Assembly: GCF_000021865.1 (NCBI RefSeq)
Contig: NC_014034.1
Coordinates: forward strand, 420,001-452,000
Direction: 5' to 3'
Length of the DNA: 32,000 nucleotides
Source of the DNA: Rhodobacter capsulatus SB 1003
GTDB taxonomy: Bacteria; Pseudomonadota; Alphaproteobacteria; Rhodobacterales; Rhodobacteraceae
The notes under the pieces are model-generated. The model had not been told where the DNA came from and ran no database searches. It saw only the letters and a list, made by a program, of their open reading frames with translations. Below, piece by piece: positions 17,451-26,670 of this stretch. A program made the position numbers and the translations under genes. Position 1 is the first letter of the stretch, and each line of letters opens with the position of its first letter.

Positions 17451-18166
17451 TGCGCGGCCCTCCGGCGGATCAGCCACAGCTCGGTCTGCGCCCCCGCCGC
17501 CATCGCGCAAAGCGCGGCCAGGATCAGCCCGGTGCCCGCGGGCAGGACCGAAAACGCCAGCGCCATCACGATCGAGACCGCCGCGGCGACCAGATGCGGC
17601 AGCGACCGCAGCATCGGCGCGATCATCGCAAGGAATGTCACCGGCACCGCGAAATCCAGCGCGAAGGCGGGCGGGATCGCCTTGCCCAGCCAGGCCCCGG
17701 CCAGCGTCGCGACATACCAGAGCGGACAGACCGGCGTGCAGGCCCCGGCGTAATAGGCCAGCTTCTCGGACAGGCTCTGGTTCGGCGCCCGTTCATAGTC
17801 GGCATTGGCCAGCGCGAAGACCTGATCGACCATGAAATAGGCCACCAGCCCCCGGGCCCAGCCTGGCGCCGCCCCCAGATGCGGCGCGAGCGAGGCGGAA
17901 TACATCGCCATCCGCAGGTTCACCGCCAGCGCGGCGAGGATCACCATCACCGTGCTGGCGTGATCGGTCATCAGCTGCACCGCGGTGAACTGCGAGGCGC
18001 CGGCGATGACAAGGATCGAAAAGCCCATCACCTCGGTCAGCGACAGCCCGGCCTCGGTGCCCGCGACGCCGAAGAGCAGGCCGAAGGGCAGGATGACCAG
18101 AATGAAGGGCAGACCTTGGCGGCAGCCGCGCCAATAGGCGAAGGACAGGGGGCTTTGGGCGGTCAT
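17447..18166 (-). CDS. azlC: AzlC family branched-chain amino acid permease component
   Basis: GLPFILVILPFGLLFGV ... VIAGASQFTAVQLM motifs. The track ORF was trimmed to ATG 18166. Confidence 0.85.
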   Translation of the reverse strand: MTAQSPLSFAYWRGCRQGLPFILVILPFGLLFGVAGTEAGLSLTEVMGFSILVIAGASQFTAVQLMTDHASTVMVILAALAVNLRMAMYSASLAPHLGAAPGWARGLVAYFMVDQVFALANADYERAPNQSLSEKLAYYAGACTPVCPLWYVATLAGAWLGKAIPPAFALDFAVPVTFLAMIAPMLRSLPHLVAAAVSIVMALAFSVLPAGTGLILAALCAMAAGAQTELWLIRRRAAQ

Positions 18167-18299
18167 CGCGGCTTTTCCCGGGGGGGTTGTCTGGCGGGGC
18201 TTGTCTGAGGGGAAGGGATGCGCGAGTTCTAGGGGCAGCCCCGCAAGGCACCAAGCGGGCGATTGTATCGGGCGCAATTCTCGGACCGGGAGGCGGGGC

Positions 18300-18884
18300 A
18301 TGAAGGTTCGGCTTCTTCAGGGGCTGACGGCGGATCAGCGGACCGAGGCGGCGGCGCTTTACTGGCGCGTCTTCGGGGCGAAACTGGGCCGGGTGATGGG
18401 GCCCGAGGCCAAGGCGATGGCCTTCATCGAGCGGGTGATCGACCCCGCCCACATGATCGCGGCGGTGGACGGGCGCGGCCATGTGCTGGGGGTGATCGGC
18501 TTTCGCACCGCCAGGGGCGCCTTTGTCGGGGGCGACCGCGCCGATCTGCGCGCGGTCTATGGCCGGTTCGGGGCATTCTGGCGCGGTCTGGCCTTGCAGC
18601 TGCTGGCGCAGGATCTGGCGCAGGGCACGCTTTGCGTCGACGGGTTCGCGGTGACCGAGCCGATGCGCGGCCGGGGCGTGGGCGCGGCGCTGATCGAGGC
18701 GCTTTGCGCTCAGGCGCAGGCACGCGGCTACCGTGTCCTGCGGCTCGATGTGGTGCATGAAAACCTGCGCGCGAAGGCGCTTTACGACCGGCTCGGCTTT
18801 TCCGTGACCGGGCGGGCGGATCGCTGGCTGACGGCGGCGATCTTCGGCTATCGGACGACGGTGGCGATGGAGCGGCCTTTGTGA
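18300..18884 (+). CDS. GNAT family N-acetyltransferase
   Basis: Acetyl-CoA-binding motif RGRGVGAALIEAL and C-terminal YDRLGF. The track ORF was trimmed to ATG 18300. Confidence 0.8.
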   Translation: MKVRLLQGLTADQRTEAAALYWRVFGAKLGRVMGPEAKAMAFIERVIDPAHMIAAVDGRGHVLGVIGFRTARGAFVGGDRADLRAVYGRFGAFWRGLALQLLAQDLAQGTLCVDGFAVTEPMRGRGVGAALIEALCAQAQARGYRVLRLDVVHENLRAKALYDRLGFSVTGRADRWLTAAIFGYRTTVAMERPL

Positions 18885-18978
18885 CGCGGCGCCCGTGCCG
18901 CGCCCCGGGGAAATCGGCTCTGGCGGCAGGGGGGCGGCTGTGCTGATACTCGGGTCAGGATGAACAAGGGGGCCCCGC

Positions 18979-19965
18979 ATGAAACCCGGACCGCGCAATC
19001 TGATCACCGATGTCGCCGGACTGCGGGTCGGCAATGCCGAGGATGCGGCCTTGCGCTCGGGCGTCACCGTGCTGATGGCGGACCGGCCCGTCACCGCCGC
19101 CGTGCATGTGATGGGCGGCGCCCCGGGCACGCGGGAGACCGACCTGCTCGCCCCCGACAAGCTGGTGGAAAGCGTCGATGCGCTGGTGCTTGCGGGCGGC
19201 TCGGCCTTTGGCCTTGATGCCGCCTCGGGGGTGATGGCCGGGCTGCGGGCGCTGGGGCGCGGCTTTGCCGTCGGCCCGGCGCTGGTGCCGATCGTGCCCG
19301 CGGCGATCCTGTTCGATCTTTTGAACGGCGGCGACAAGGATTGGGCGGAAAACCCCTATGCGGGGCTGGGCCGCGCCGCCCTTGCCGCCGCGGCAGAGGA
19401 TTTCGCCATCGGCACTGCGGGGGCGGGGTTCGGTGCGCTGACCGGGCGGCTCAAGGGCGGGCTCGGCTCGGCCTCGGCGGTGCTGGAGAGCGGTTTCACC
19501 GTCGGCGCGCTGGTGGCGGTGAATGCGCTCGGCTCGGCCACCGTGGGCGAGGGGCGGCAGTTCTGGGCCGCGCCCTGGGAGCTGGGCGCTGAATTCGGCG
19601 GCCTCGGCCCCGCGCCGGCCTATCCGGCACAGGCAGAGCCTTTGCCGATGAAACGCATGGGCGAGGCCACGACCATCGCCATCGTCGCCACCGATGCGGC
19701 GCTGACCAAGGCACAGGCGCATCGGCTGGCCGTTGCCGCGCATGACGGCATGGCCCGGGCGCTGGTGCCCAGCCACACGCCACTCGATGGCGATCTGGTC
19801 TTTGCCGCGGCGACCGGCGCGCGGCCGCTGACGGACCCGCTCACCGATCCGTTCCAGCTTGGCCATGCCGCCAGCGCCTGCCTTGCCCGCGCCATCGCCC
19901 GCGCGGTCTTCGCCGCCACGCCCCGCCCGGGCGACCGGCAACCCAGCTGGCAAGACCTGCGCTGA
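18979..19965 (+). CDS. P1/S58 family peptidase (DmpA/BapA-like aminopeptidase)
   Basis: The N-terminus NLITDVAGLRVGN and the GGSAFGLDA motif are typical of the DmpA family. Confidence 0.83.
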   Translation: MKPGPRNLITDVAGLRVGNAEDAALRSGVTVLMADRPVTAAVHVMGGAPGTRETDLLAPDKLVESVDALVLAGGSAFGLDAASGVMAGLRALGRGFAVGPALVPIVPAAILFDLLNGGDKDWAENPYAGLGRAALAAAAEDFAIGTAGAGFGALTGRLKGGLGSASAVLESGFTVGALVAVNALGSATVGEGRQFWAAPWELGAEFGGLGPAPAYPAQAEPLPMKRMGEATTIAIVATDAALTKAQAHRLAVAAHDGMARALVPSHTPLDGDLVFAAATGARPLTDPLTDPFQLGHAASACLARAIARAVFAATPRPGDRQPSWQDLR

Positions 19966-19969
19966 TCCC

Positions 19970-20018
19970 TTTTATCTTGCCGCAAATATCCCGGGGGGTC
20001 AGGGGGGCAGCGCCCCCC
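19970..20018. repeat. Family-A half element (right-arm orientation) plus GGGGGGC-agc-GCCCCCC hairpin
   Basis: ttttatcttgccgcaaatatcccgggggg (19970-19998), then the hairpin at 20002-20018. Together they fill the 55-nt gap between convergent genes. Confidence 0.8.
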
Positions 20019-20020
20019 TG

Positions 20021-20824
20021 CTACGCGATCACCGCAGCCAGCAGCGGGCTTTCGGCTTCCAGCCCCTCGATCACGTCGAAATGGTGCCGCCCCGGTTCGA
20101 CGGTCAGCGGACAGGCCCAGGCCTCGGCCAGCCCCCGTGCCTGCTCGAGGAAGACCGGACGCTCCTCTGCGCCGACCCAGACCTGCACCGGCACCCCGGG
20201 CACCGGCTGATGCACCGGGCTTTCGCGCCCGGCCTCGGCCGCATCCAGCCGCAAGGTCGCGTTCATCGAGGTGCGCAGAAGCGGCGCCAGATCCGAGACC
20301 GGCGAGATCGGCACCACCTTTTCGATCCGGCTCGCCACCTCCTCGGGCAGCATTCCCGGCGCCAGCATCCGCGCCACCAGATGCCCGCCCGCGGAATGGC
20401 CCACCAGCCGGATCGGCCCGCTGAAGCGCCGCGCCAGTTCCGCCACCGCCATCGCGATCAGCCCGGTGATCTGCTCGATCCGCATCTCGGGCGCCAGATC
20501 ATAGCCGGGCATCGCCACGACCCAGCCCGCCTCGACCGCGCCCCGGGCCAGATGCGAGAAATCCTGCGGGGAAAACTTCATCCAGTAGCCGCCATGCACG
20601 AAGATGATCAGCCCCTTCTGCCCGCCCATCGGCAGGAACAGGTCGATCTGCCGCCGCACCCCGGGGCCGTAGCCCACCTGCACCATCATCGCCTCGTCGC
20701 GATAGGCGGCAGCCGCTTCAGCCCAGCGTGCCGGATAATCGGCGCCCCCCGGGATGTAAGGCATATTGGCATAGGCATCGTCCAGATCGGTCACTTCCTC
20801 ACCCTTTCTTTCCACGGCGGCCAA
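20021..20824 (-). CDS. Alpha/beta hydrolase (arylformamidase/esterase-like)
   Basis: HGGYW oxyanion motif and GHSAGGH nucleophile elbow. The track start at 20824 is a TTG codon and no in-frame ATG lies upstream of the conserved LDDAY region, so the start is uncertain. Confidence 0.78.
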   Translation of the reverse strand: MAAVERKGEEVTDLDDAYANMPYIPGGADYPARWAEAAAAYRDEAMMVQVGYGPGVRRQIDLFLPMGGQKGLIIFVHGGYWMKFSPQDFSHLARGAVEAGWVVAMPGYDLAPEMRIEQITGLIAMAVAELARRFSGPIRLVGHSAGGHLVARMLAPGMLPEEVASRIEKVVPISPVSDLAPLLRTSMNATLRLDAAEAGRESPVHQPVPGVPVQVWVGAEERPVFLEQARGLAEAWACPLTVEPGRHHFDVIEGLEAESPLLAAVIA

Positions 20825-20882
20825 TTTACATCCGCGCCGCCCCGTGCTTCCCTCTCATATCCCTCAAACCATGAGATGCGCC

Positions 20883-22361
20883 ATGCTCGACACCGTCACC
20901 AATCTGAAATCGCTGCTCAAGGACCCGAGCCTTCTTGTGACCAAGGCCCTCGTCGCGGGGGACTGGGTCGATGCCGATGACGGCAAGACCTTCGCGGTGA
21001 CGAACCCCGCCCGCGGCGACGTGATCTGCACCGTGCCGGACCTGAGCCGCGCCGAAACCGCCCGCGCCATCAAGGCCGCCGAGGTCGCGATGAAGGACTG
21101 GGCCGCCCGCACCGGCAAGGAACGCGCGGCGGTGATGCGCAAATGGTTCGAGCTGATGATGGCGAACCAGGAAGACCTCGCGCTGATCCTGACCGCGGAA
21201 ATGGGCAAGCCGCTGGCCGAAGCCCGCGGCGAGATCGCCTATGGCGCTTCCTTCATCGAATGGTTCGGCGAGGAAGCCAAGCGCATCTACGGCGAGACGA
21301 TCCCGGGCCACATGCGCGACAAGCGCATCACCGTGCTGAAACAGCCGATCGGCGTCGTGGGCAGTATCACGCCCTGGAACTTCCCGAATGCGATGATCGC
21401 CCGCAAGGCCGGCCCTGCCATCGCCGTGGGCTGCGGCTTCGTCTGCCGTCCGGCCTCGGAAACGCCGCTTTCGGCGCTGGCGATGGGGCTTTTGGGCGAA
21501 CGCGCCGGGCTGCCGAAGGGGATTCTCTCGGTCATCACCTCCTCGCGCGCCTCCGACATCGGCAAGGAATTTTGCGAAAATCATGCGGTGCGGAAGCTGA
21601 CCTTCACCGGGTCCACGGAAGTCGGGCGCATCCTGATGCGGCAGGCGGCGGAGCAGGTGATGAAATGCTCGATGGAGCTGGGCGGCAACGCGCCCTTCAT
21701 CGTTTTCGACGACGCCGATCTGGATGCGGCGGTCGAGGGCGCGATGATGTCGAAGTTCCGCAACAACGGCCAGACCTGCGTCTGCGCGAACCGGATCTAT
21801 GTGCAGGCGGGCGTCTATGACACTTTCGCGGAAAAGCTGGCGGCGGCGGTGCGCAAGCTCAATGTCGTCGACGGGCTGAAGGACGGCGTGACCACCGGGC
21901 CCTTGATCTCGGCCGATGCGGTCGAGAAGGTCGAGGAACATATCGCCGATGTGGTGGCGGGCGGCGGCACCATCGTCACCGGCGGCGCGCGGCATGAACT
22001 GGGCGGCACCTTCTTCCAGCCGACCGTCGTCACCGGCGTCACGCAGGAGATGAAAGTGGCGACCGAGGAAACCTTCGGCCCGGTGGCGCCGCTCTTCAAA
22101 TTCGAGACCGAGGCCGAGGTGATCGAAAAGGCCAATGCCACGATCTTCGGTCTGGCCTCCTATTTCTATGCCCGTGACATCGGCCGGATCACCCGGGTGC
22201 AGGAAGGGCTGGAATACGGCATCGTCGGCGTGAACACCGGCATCATCTCGACCGAGGTGGCGCCCTTTGGCGGCGTCAAGCAATCGGGCCTCGGGCGCGA
22301 GGGCAGCCATCACGGCGTCGAAGACTACCTTGAACTGAAATACATCTGCCTCTCGATCTGA
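20883..22361 (+). CDS. gabD: NAD(P)-dependent succinate-semialdehyde dehydrogenase
   Basis: Nearly colinear with E. coli GabD from memory (ITPWNFP, ELGGNAPFIVFDDADLD, FRNNGQTCVCANR, YLELKYI). An alternative start is ATG 20871. Confidence 0.93.
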   Translation: MLDTVTNLKSLLKDPSLLVTKALVAGDWVDADDGKTFAVTNPARGDVICTVPDLSRAETARAIKAAEVAMKDWAARTGKERAAVMRKWFELMMANQEDLALILTAEMGKPLAEARGEIAYGASFIEWFGEEAKRIYGETIPGHMRDKRITVLKQPIGVVGSITPWNFPNAMIARKAGPAIAVGCGFVCRPASETPLSALAMGLLGERAGLPKGILSVITSSRASDIGKEFCENHAVRKLTFTGSTEVGRILMRQAAEQVMKCSMELGGNAPFIVFDDADLDAAVEGAMMSKFRNNGQTCVCANRIYVQAGVYDTFAEKLAAAVRKLNVVDGLKDGVTTGPLISADAVEKVEEHIADVVAGGGTIVTGGARHELGGTFFQPTVVTGVTQEMKVATEETFGPVAPLFKFETEAEVIEKANATIFGLASYFYARDIGRITRVQEGLEYGIVGVNTGIISTEVAPFGGVKQSGLGREGSHHGVEDYLELKYICLSI

Positions 22362-22463
22362 GGGCTGCTCTGGATTTCGCCTCGGGCTTGCGCCCGGGGC
22401 GACCCGCCGGGGGCTCCGCCCGTCGTCCATCGGGTCTTGAGCCGATGGTGCCCCAATGGACGA

Positions 22464-22491
22464 CCCCCCGGGATATTTTGGGCAAGATGAA
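22464..22491. repeat. Family-A half element (left-arm orientation)
   Basis: ccccccgggatattttgggcaagatgaa read directly, in the gabD/DUF1178 intergenic region. Confidence 0.8.
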
Positions 22492-22594
22492 GGGGGAGGT
22501 GTCGCCGCGGTTGCGAAGCTTCGGGGTTTTGCGACGGCGCTTGCAATTTCCGGTCCGAGCCTGTCAGATGTGAGCCTTCAAAACGGGCCTGACG

Positions 22595-23032
22595 ATGATC
22601 CGCTACACCCTGAAATGCGACAAGGAGCACAGCTTCGACAGCTGGTTCGCCTCGGCTGCGGCCTATGAGGCGCTGCAGGCGCGCGGCATGGTCAGCTGCA
22701 CCATCTGCGGCTCGACCACGGTCGAAAAGGCGCTGATGGCGCCCGCCGTCCGCCCTGCGCGCAAGGCCGCCGCCGCGCCCGCGGCCGAGGCGCCGCTGAG
22801 CGCGCCGCAGACCGGCATCGAGGAGGCCTTTGCCGCGATGCGTCAGGCGGTCGAGGCGAATTCCGATTATGTCGGCGTCAATTTCGTCGCGGAAGCCCGC
22901 GCGATGCACGAGGGCGTCAAGCCCGAACGCGCGATCCATGGCGAGGCCCGGCTCGACGAGGCGAAGGCGCTTCTCGATGACGGTATCCCCGTGATGCCGC
23001 TGCCCTTTTTGCCCAAAAGGTCGCGGAATTGA
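22595..23032 (+). CDS. DUF1178 family protein (zinc-ribbon-like N-terminus)
   Basis: MIRYTLKCDKEHSFDSWF ... CTICGS is characteristic of DUF1178. Confidence 0.8.
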   Translation: MIRYTLKCDKEHSFDSWFASAAAYEALQARGMVSCTICGSTTVEKALMAPAVRPARKAAAAPAAEAPLSAPQTGIEEAFAAMRQAVEANSDYVGVNFVAEARAMHEGVKPERAIHGEARLDEAKALLDDGIPVMPLPFLPKRSRN

Positions 23033-23088
23033 TTCAGGTCCTTGCCTCTGCCGCCTGAGCCGCCATGATGGCCGCACAGGAGGCGACC

Positions 23089-23733
23089 ATGACAGTTCTC
23101 ATCACCGGGGCGAACCGCGGCATCGGCGCTGCGCTTCTGGCCCATTACCGCCACACCGACACCGCGGCCTTCGGCACCGCGCGCAACCCCGAGGGCGATC
23201 TCTTGCCGCTTGACGTCACCCAGCCCGAGAGCGTCAAGGAACTGGCGCGTCGGCTGAACGGGCTGCCGATCGGGCTTCTGGTCTGCAATGCCGGGGTCTA
23301 TGCCGATCTGGGGCAGTCGCTGGAAAGCGGCTATGCGCCGATGCTTTGGGCGCGCAGCTTTTCGACCAACGTGATGGGCGTGTTCCTGACGATTCAGGCG
23401 CTGTTGCCGAACTTGCGCGCGGCGCATGGCAAGGTGGCGATCCTGTCCTCGGCGATGGGCTCGGATGCCCGCGCGCCCGGCGGCAGCTACATCTATCGCG
23501 CGTCGAAGGCGGCGGTGCTGAACCTCGGGCGAAACCTGGCCGCCGATCTGCGCCCCGAGGGGATCGCGGTCGGCATCTATCACCCCGGCTGGGTCAAGAC
23601 CGACATGGGCGGGCCGCAGGCCGAGATCACCGTGGCGCAATCGGTGGCCGGGCTGACGACGCGGTTCGATGCGCTCAACCTGACCAATTCGGGCTGTTTC
23701 GAAAGCTATGACGGGGCGGTGATTCCGTTCTGA
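23089..23733 (+). CDS. SDR family oxidoreductase (CsgA/C-factor-like subgroup)
   Basis: AGGAGG lies 5 nt upstream of the ATG. TGANRGIG, NAG and YRASKAA motifs are present. Confidence 0.88.
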   Translation: MTVLITGANRGIGAALLAHYRHTDTAAFGTARNPEGDLLPLDVTQPESVKELARRLNGLPIGLLVCNAGVYADLGQSLESGYAPMLWARSFSTNVMGVFLTIQALLPNLRAAHGKVAILSSAMGSDARAPGGSYIYRASKAAVLNLGRNLAADLRPEGIAVGIYHPGWVKTDMGGPQAEITVAQSVAGLTTRFDALNLTNSGCFESYDGAVIPF

Positions 23734-23744
23734 TCCGGCGGGGA

Positions 23745-24635
23745 TCACCCCGCCAGCACCAGACGCCCGACGCGGCTGATTTCGGCCGCGATCTCGGCCA
23801 CCAGCGTATCGAGCGCCGCGTTCCGCAGCTTGCGGGCGCGGCGCACGACATAGCTCAGCCCGGGCGGCGGCGGCAAGGGCGGGCCGAGGATCTCCATCTC
23901 GGGGCGCAGATGCCGCGTCGACAGCAGCGCGACGCCCAGCCCCGCCGAGACCGCCGCGACGATCCCGGCGGCGCTGGCGCATTCGAAAACGGTTTCCAGC
24001 GTCACCCCGCCATCCTGCCCGATATCCTGCGCCCAATGCCGGTAAAAGCAGTCGTCGTGAAAGGACAGGAACGGGATCGGCCCCGCCCCGGGCAGGGGCA
24101 GATCGCGGTGACGCACCCAATGCAGATCTTCGCGCAGCAGGACGATGTCGGTCGGCCGGACCTCGTGGTCAAAGACCTGCAGGATCGCGGCGTCGATCTC
24201 GCCGCGCTCAAGCTGCGCCCGCAGCATCAGGCTCATCCGGACCTGGGCGCGCACGCTCACTTGCGGATGCAGGCGGCGGAACCGGCCGAGGATGCGGGAT
24301 AGGTCGGTGCAGGTCGTGTCCTCGGTCAGGCCCAGCACAAGGCGCCCGGCAAGCGGCGTTTTCGAGAGGCTCAGCAAAGCCTCGTCATGCAGGCCAAGGA
24401 TGCGGGCGGCGTAATCGAGCAGTTCCGCGCCCGCGGCGGTGAACAGCGGCCCGCCGGGGCGGCGCGACAGAAGATCCGCGCCCAGGCTGGTTTCCAGCCG
24501 CCGGATCTTGTGGCTGACGGCCGATTGCGTCAGGCCCAAAGCCTCGGCGGCGCGGGTGACGGTGCCGTGATGGGCGATGGCGCGCAGGGCACGCAGCGCG
24601 TCGATGTCAAGGCGGCGGGTGGAAAGATCGGTCAT
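23745..24635 (-). CDS. LysR family transcriptional regulator
   Basis: N-terminal HTH TVTRAAEALGLTQSAVSHKIRRLE. It is divergent from the DMT transporter gene. The track ORF was trimmed to ATG 24635. Confidence 0.9.
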   Translation of the reverse strand: MTDLSTRRLDIDALRALRAIAHHGTVTRAAEALGLTQSAVSHKIRRLETSLGADLLSRRPGGPLFTAAGAELLDYAARILGLHDEALLSLSKTPLAGRLVLGLTEDTTCTDLSRILGRFRRLHPQVSVRAQVRMSLMLRAQLERGEIDAAILQVFDHEVRPTDIVLLREDLHWVRHRDLPLPGAGPIPFLSFHDDCFYRHWAQDIGQDGGVTLETVFECASAAGIVAAVSAGLGVALLSTRHLRPEMEILGPPLPPPPGLSYVVRRARKLRNAALDTLVAEIAAEISRVGRLVLAG

Positions 24636-24788
24636 CGGGGCCTCATGCAACGGCGCCGATCCTGCGCCGATTGGCGGCTTGTGGCAAAGATTCATTCCGT
24701 ATCCGGCACAAAAGTCATGCTGCCATCGAAATTTGTCATGTGCGTTTTGGCGACGCTTCGCCGAGGAAGGGACAGCCGACACGAGGAG

Positions 24789-25676
24789 ATGATGACCGCG
24801 CCCGCCCTTTCCCTGCCCCGTCCCCTGCTTTGGCCGCTGATGGCGGTGGCGCTTGTCCTGTGCTGGAGTTCCGGTTTCATCGGCATCCGTTACGCCAGCG
24901 AAAGCGCCGGGGTGGGGCTGGTGCTGTTCTGGCGCACGCTGGTGGCGGGGCTGATCCTGCTGCCCTTTGCGCTGCTGGTGGGGCCGCGGATGACCCTGCG
25001 CGGGGGGATCGAACAATGTCTGTTCGGGGTGATGTCGGTCTTTCTCTATCTGGGCGGGTTTGCGCTGGCGATCGGCGCGCGGGTGCCGACGGGGACGGTG
25101 GCGCTGATTTCGGACCTGCTGCCGCTCGCCATCGCGGCGCTGTCGCAGCCGGTGCTGGGCGAGCGGCTGTCGGTGGCGCAATGGGCGGGAACGGCGGTGG
25201 CGGTGCTGGGCGTGCTGATCGTTTCGGCCGACAGCCTGTCGCTGGGGACGGCGCCGCTTTGGGCCTATGGGCTGACGGTGGCCTCGATGCTGGGCTTTGC
25301 GCTGGCCTCGGTTTTGGTGAAGAAACGGCCCGGGCTGCGGATGCCCTTGCATCAAAGCCTGTGTCTGCATTCGCTGACCGGGGCGGTGCTGTTCGGGCTC
25401 TGCGCCGGGTGGCAGGGGACATTGGCGCCGCCGCTGACGATGTCTTTCGCGCTGGGCATCGGCTGGCTGGTTCTGTTCGCAACCTTCGGCGCCTATGGGA
25501 TTTATTACAGCAGCCTGCGGCTGTTTCCGGTCGCGCGGGTTTCGGCGGTGATCTATCTCAGCCCGCCGGTGACGATGCTCTGGGGCTGGGCATTGTTCGG
25601 CGAGCCGCTGACGGCAACGATGGTCGCGGGGCTTGCGGTGACGCTGGCGGGGGTGATGCTGACGATGCGGGGCTAG
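24789..25676 (+). CDS. DMT superfamily (EamA-like) transporter
   Basis: About 10 TM helices with an internal duplication pattern. GAGGAG lies upstream of the ATG. Confidence 0.85.
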   Translation: MMTAPALSLPRPLLWPLMAVALVLCWSSGFIGIRYASESAGVGLVLFWRTLVAGLILLPFALLVGPRMTLRGGIEQCLFGVMSVFLYLGGFALAIGARVPTGTVALISDLLPLAIAALSQPVLGERLSVAQWAGTAVAVLGVLIVSADSLSLGTAPLWAYGLTVASMLGFALASVLVKKRPGLRMPLHQSLCLHSLTGAVLFGLCAGWQGTLAPPLTMSFALGIGWLVLFATFGAYGIYYSSLRLFPVARVSAVIYLSPPVTMLWGWALFGEPLTATMVAGLAVTLAGVMLTMRG

Positions 25677-25688
25677 GTTTGGCCGGTT

Positions 25689-25900
25689 TCGGGCGGATCA
25701 GGAAAGGCATCGCCTTTCCCCGCCCGCCGGAGCAGCCTTGTCCCGGGACCGGTTGCCCCGCGCGCTGCGGGAGGCCGGCGCCCGACCCGGCGGGCGAAAA
25801 GCGCCCGCCGAGGGCGGGGCGAGCGCTGGCCGGGGGCCTTTGGGGCCCCCGCCGGTCTTTGCCGCACTGTTGCGCCGGACCTCGGCAATGGCCTCGGTCA
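25689..25900 (-). repeat. Family-B ~212-bp structured intergenic repeat, copy 1 (reads in the sense of tetR)
   Basis: Its reverse complement aligns by eye along its whole length with 28711-28926. Shared blocks include ggccattgccgagg, cgcaacag, cccaaaggc, cgccccgcc.tcggcgggcgc and 27 identical nt gcgggcggggaaaggcgatgcctttcc. The terminal hairpin is at 25691-25725. Confidence 0.85.
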
Positions 25901-25920
25901 TCGGGCCGCAAAGACAGGCG

Positions 25921-26541
25921 TCACCCGCCCGCCCGCAGCCCGGCTTCGAACCGCGCCAGTTCCGCGGCGCCGGGCCGCTTGCCGGTATAGACCTCGACAT
26001 AATGCGCGATCCGTGCCAGCCGGGTGTCGAGCGTCTCATCGGTCTGCATCGAGATATAGCCGATCTGCACCAGATAGATCGTGCGCGCCCGCACATCGGC
26101 ATCCTCGGGCGCATGGCCCCAGCGCAGCAGCAGCGCAGACAGGGCCGCCAGCCGCTCGGCATCGGCCGCATGCAGATCCGCCGCCACGGAAGGATCGGCA
26201 AAGCCCCAGCTGCGCAGCGCGAATTCAAAGCGCGCATCGAACCGGCCCGACAGGAAACAGGACAGAAGGTTCAGCATCGCCTCGGTCTCGGTTTCTGCAT
26301 AAGCCGTTGTCGCGGAAAGCAGAACTTCCGTCGTTACCGCCCGCCAGCGCGCCCGCAGCGCGGCCAGAAGATCCTCGCGGTCGGGGAAGAACCAGTAAAA
26401 CGAGGTCCGCGACAGGCCGAGTTTCTTGGCAAGCGGCAGGATCTTCACCGCCTCGACCCCGCCCGCGATCAGGGCCTCGCAGGCGGCTTCCAGCCACCCC
26501 TCGCGCGAGCCGCGCCAACCGCTGTCCTTCGCCTCTGTCAT
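25921..26541 (-). CDS. TetR/AcrR family transcriptional regulator
   Basis: N-terminal HTH LAKKLGLSRTSFYWFFPDREDLL. Confidence 0.88.
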   Translation of the reverse strand: MTEAKDSGWRGSREGWLEAACEALIAGGVEAVKILPLAKKLGLSRTSFYWFFPDREDLLAALRARWRAVTTEVLLSATTAYAETETEAMLNLLSCFLSGRFDARFEFALRSWGFADPSVAADLHAADAERLAALSALLLRWGHAPEDADVRARTIYLVQIGYISMQTDETLDTRLARIAHYVEVYTGKRPGAAELARFEAGLRAGG

Positions 26542-26616
26542 GCCCCGACCCTAGCCCGGGCCGCGACCGGGCTCAAGAAGCTGGGCTCAAGAAAATGTTC
26601 AGGGGTGATCTCAAAC

Positions 26617-26634
26617 TTGACATGTGTGCACATT
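26617..26634 (+). promoter_or_regulatory. TTGACA hexamer abutting the palindrome TGTGCACA (candidate promoter and TetR operator)
   Basis: TTGACA at 26617-26622 and a perfect 8-bp palindrome at 26625-26632 were read directly. They lie in the 129-bp divergent intergenic region. No good -10 was identified. Confidence 0.35.
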
Positions 26635-26670
26635 TCGCAAATCCTGCCCCCAGGAACCCCGGAGGCCCCC

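Noticed and set aside
25673-25888. Short ORFs across the family-B repeats sharing peptides such as AGKGDAFP (also 28715..29113, 25558..25911 and 28848..29123)
   Set aside because: The shared peptide comes from the conserved DNA hairpin. The two copies differ by indels that break the frames, and similarity is at the nucleotide level in all frames. It is treated as a non-coding repeat.
25738-26670. Upstream part of track ORF 25738..28707 (+)
   Set aside because: It covers repeat B and is antisense to tetR. A good RBS and the conserved oxidoreductase N-terminus start at 26671.
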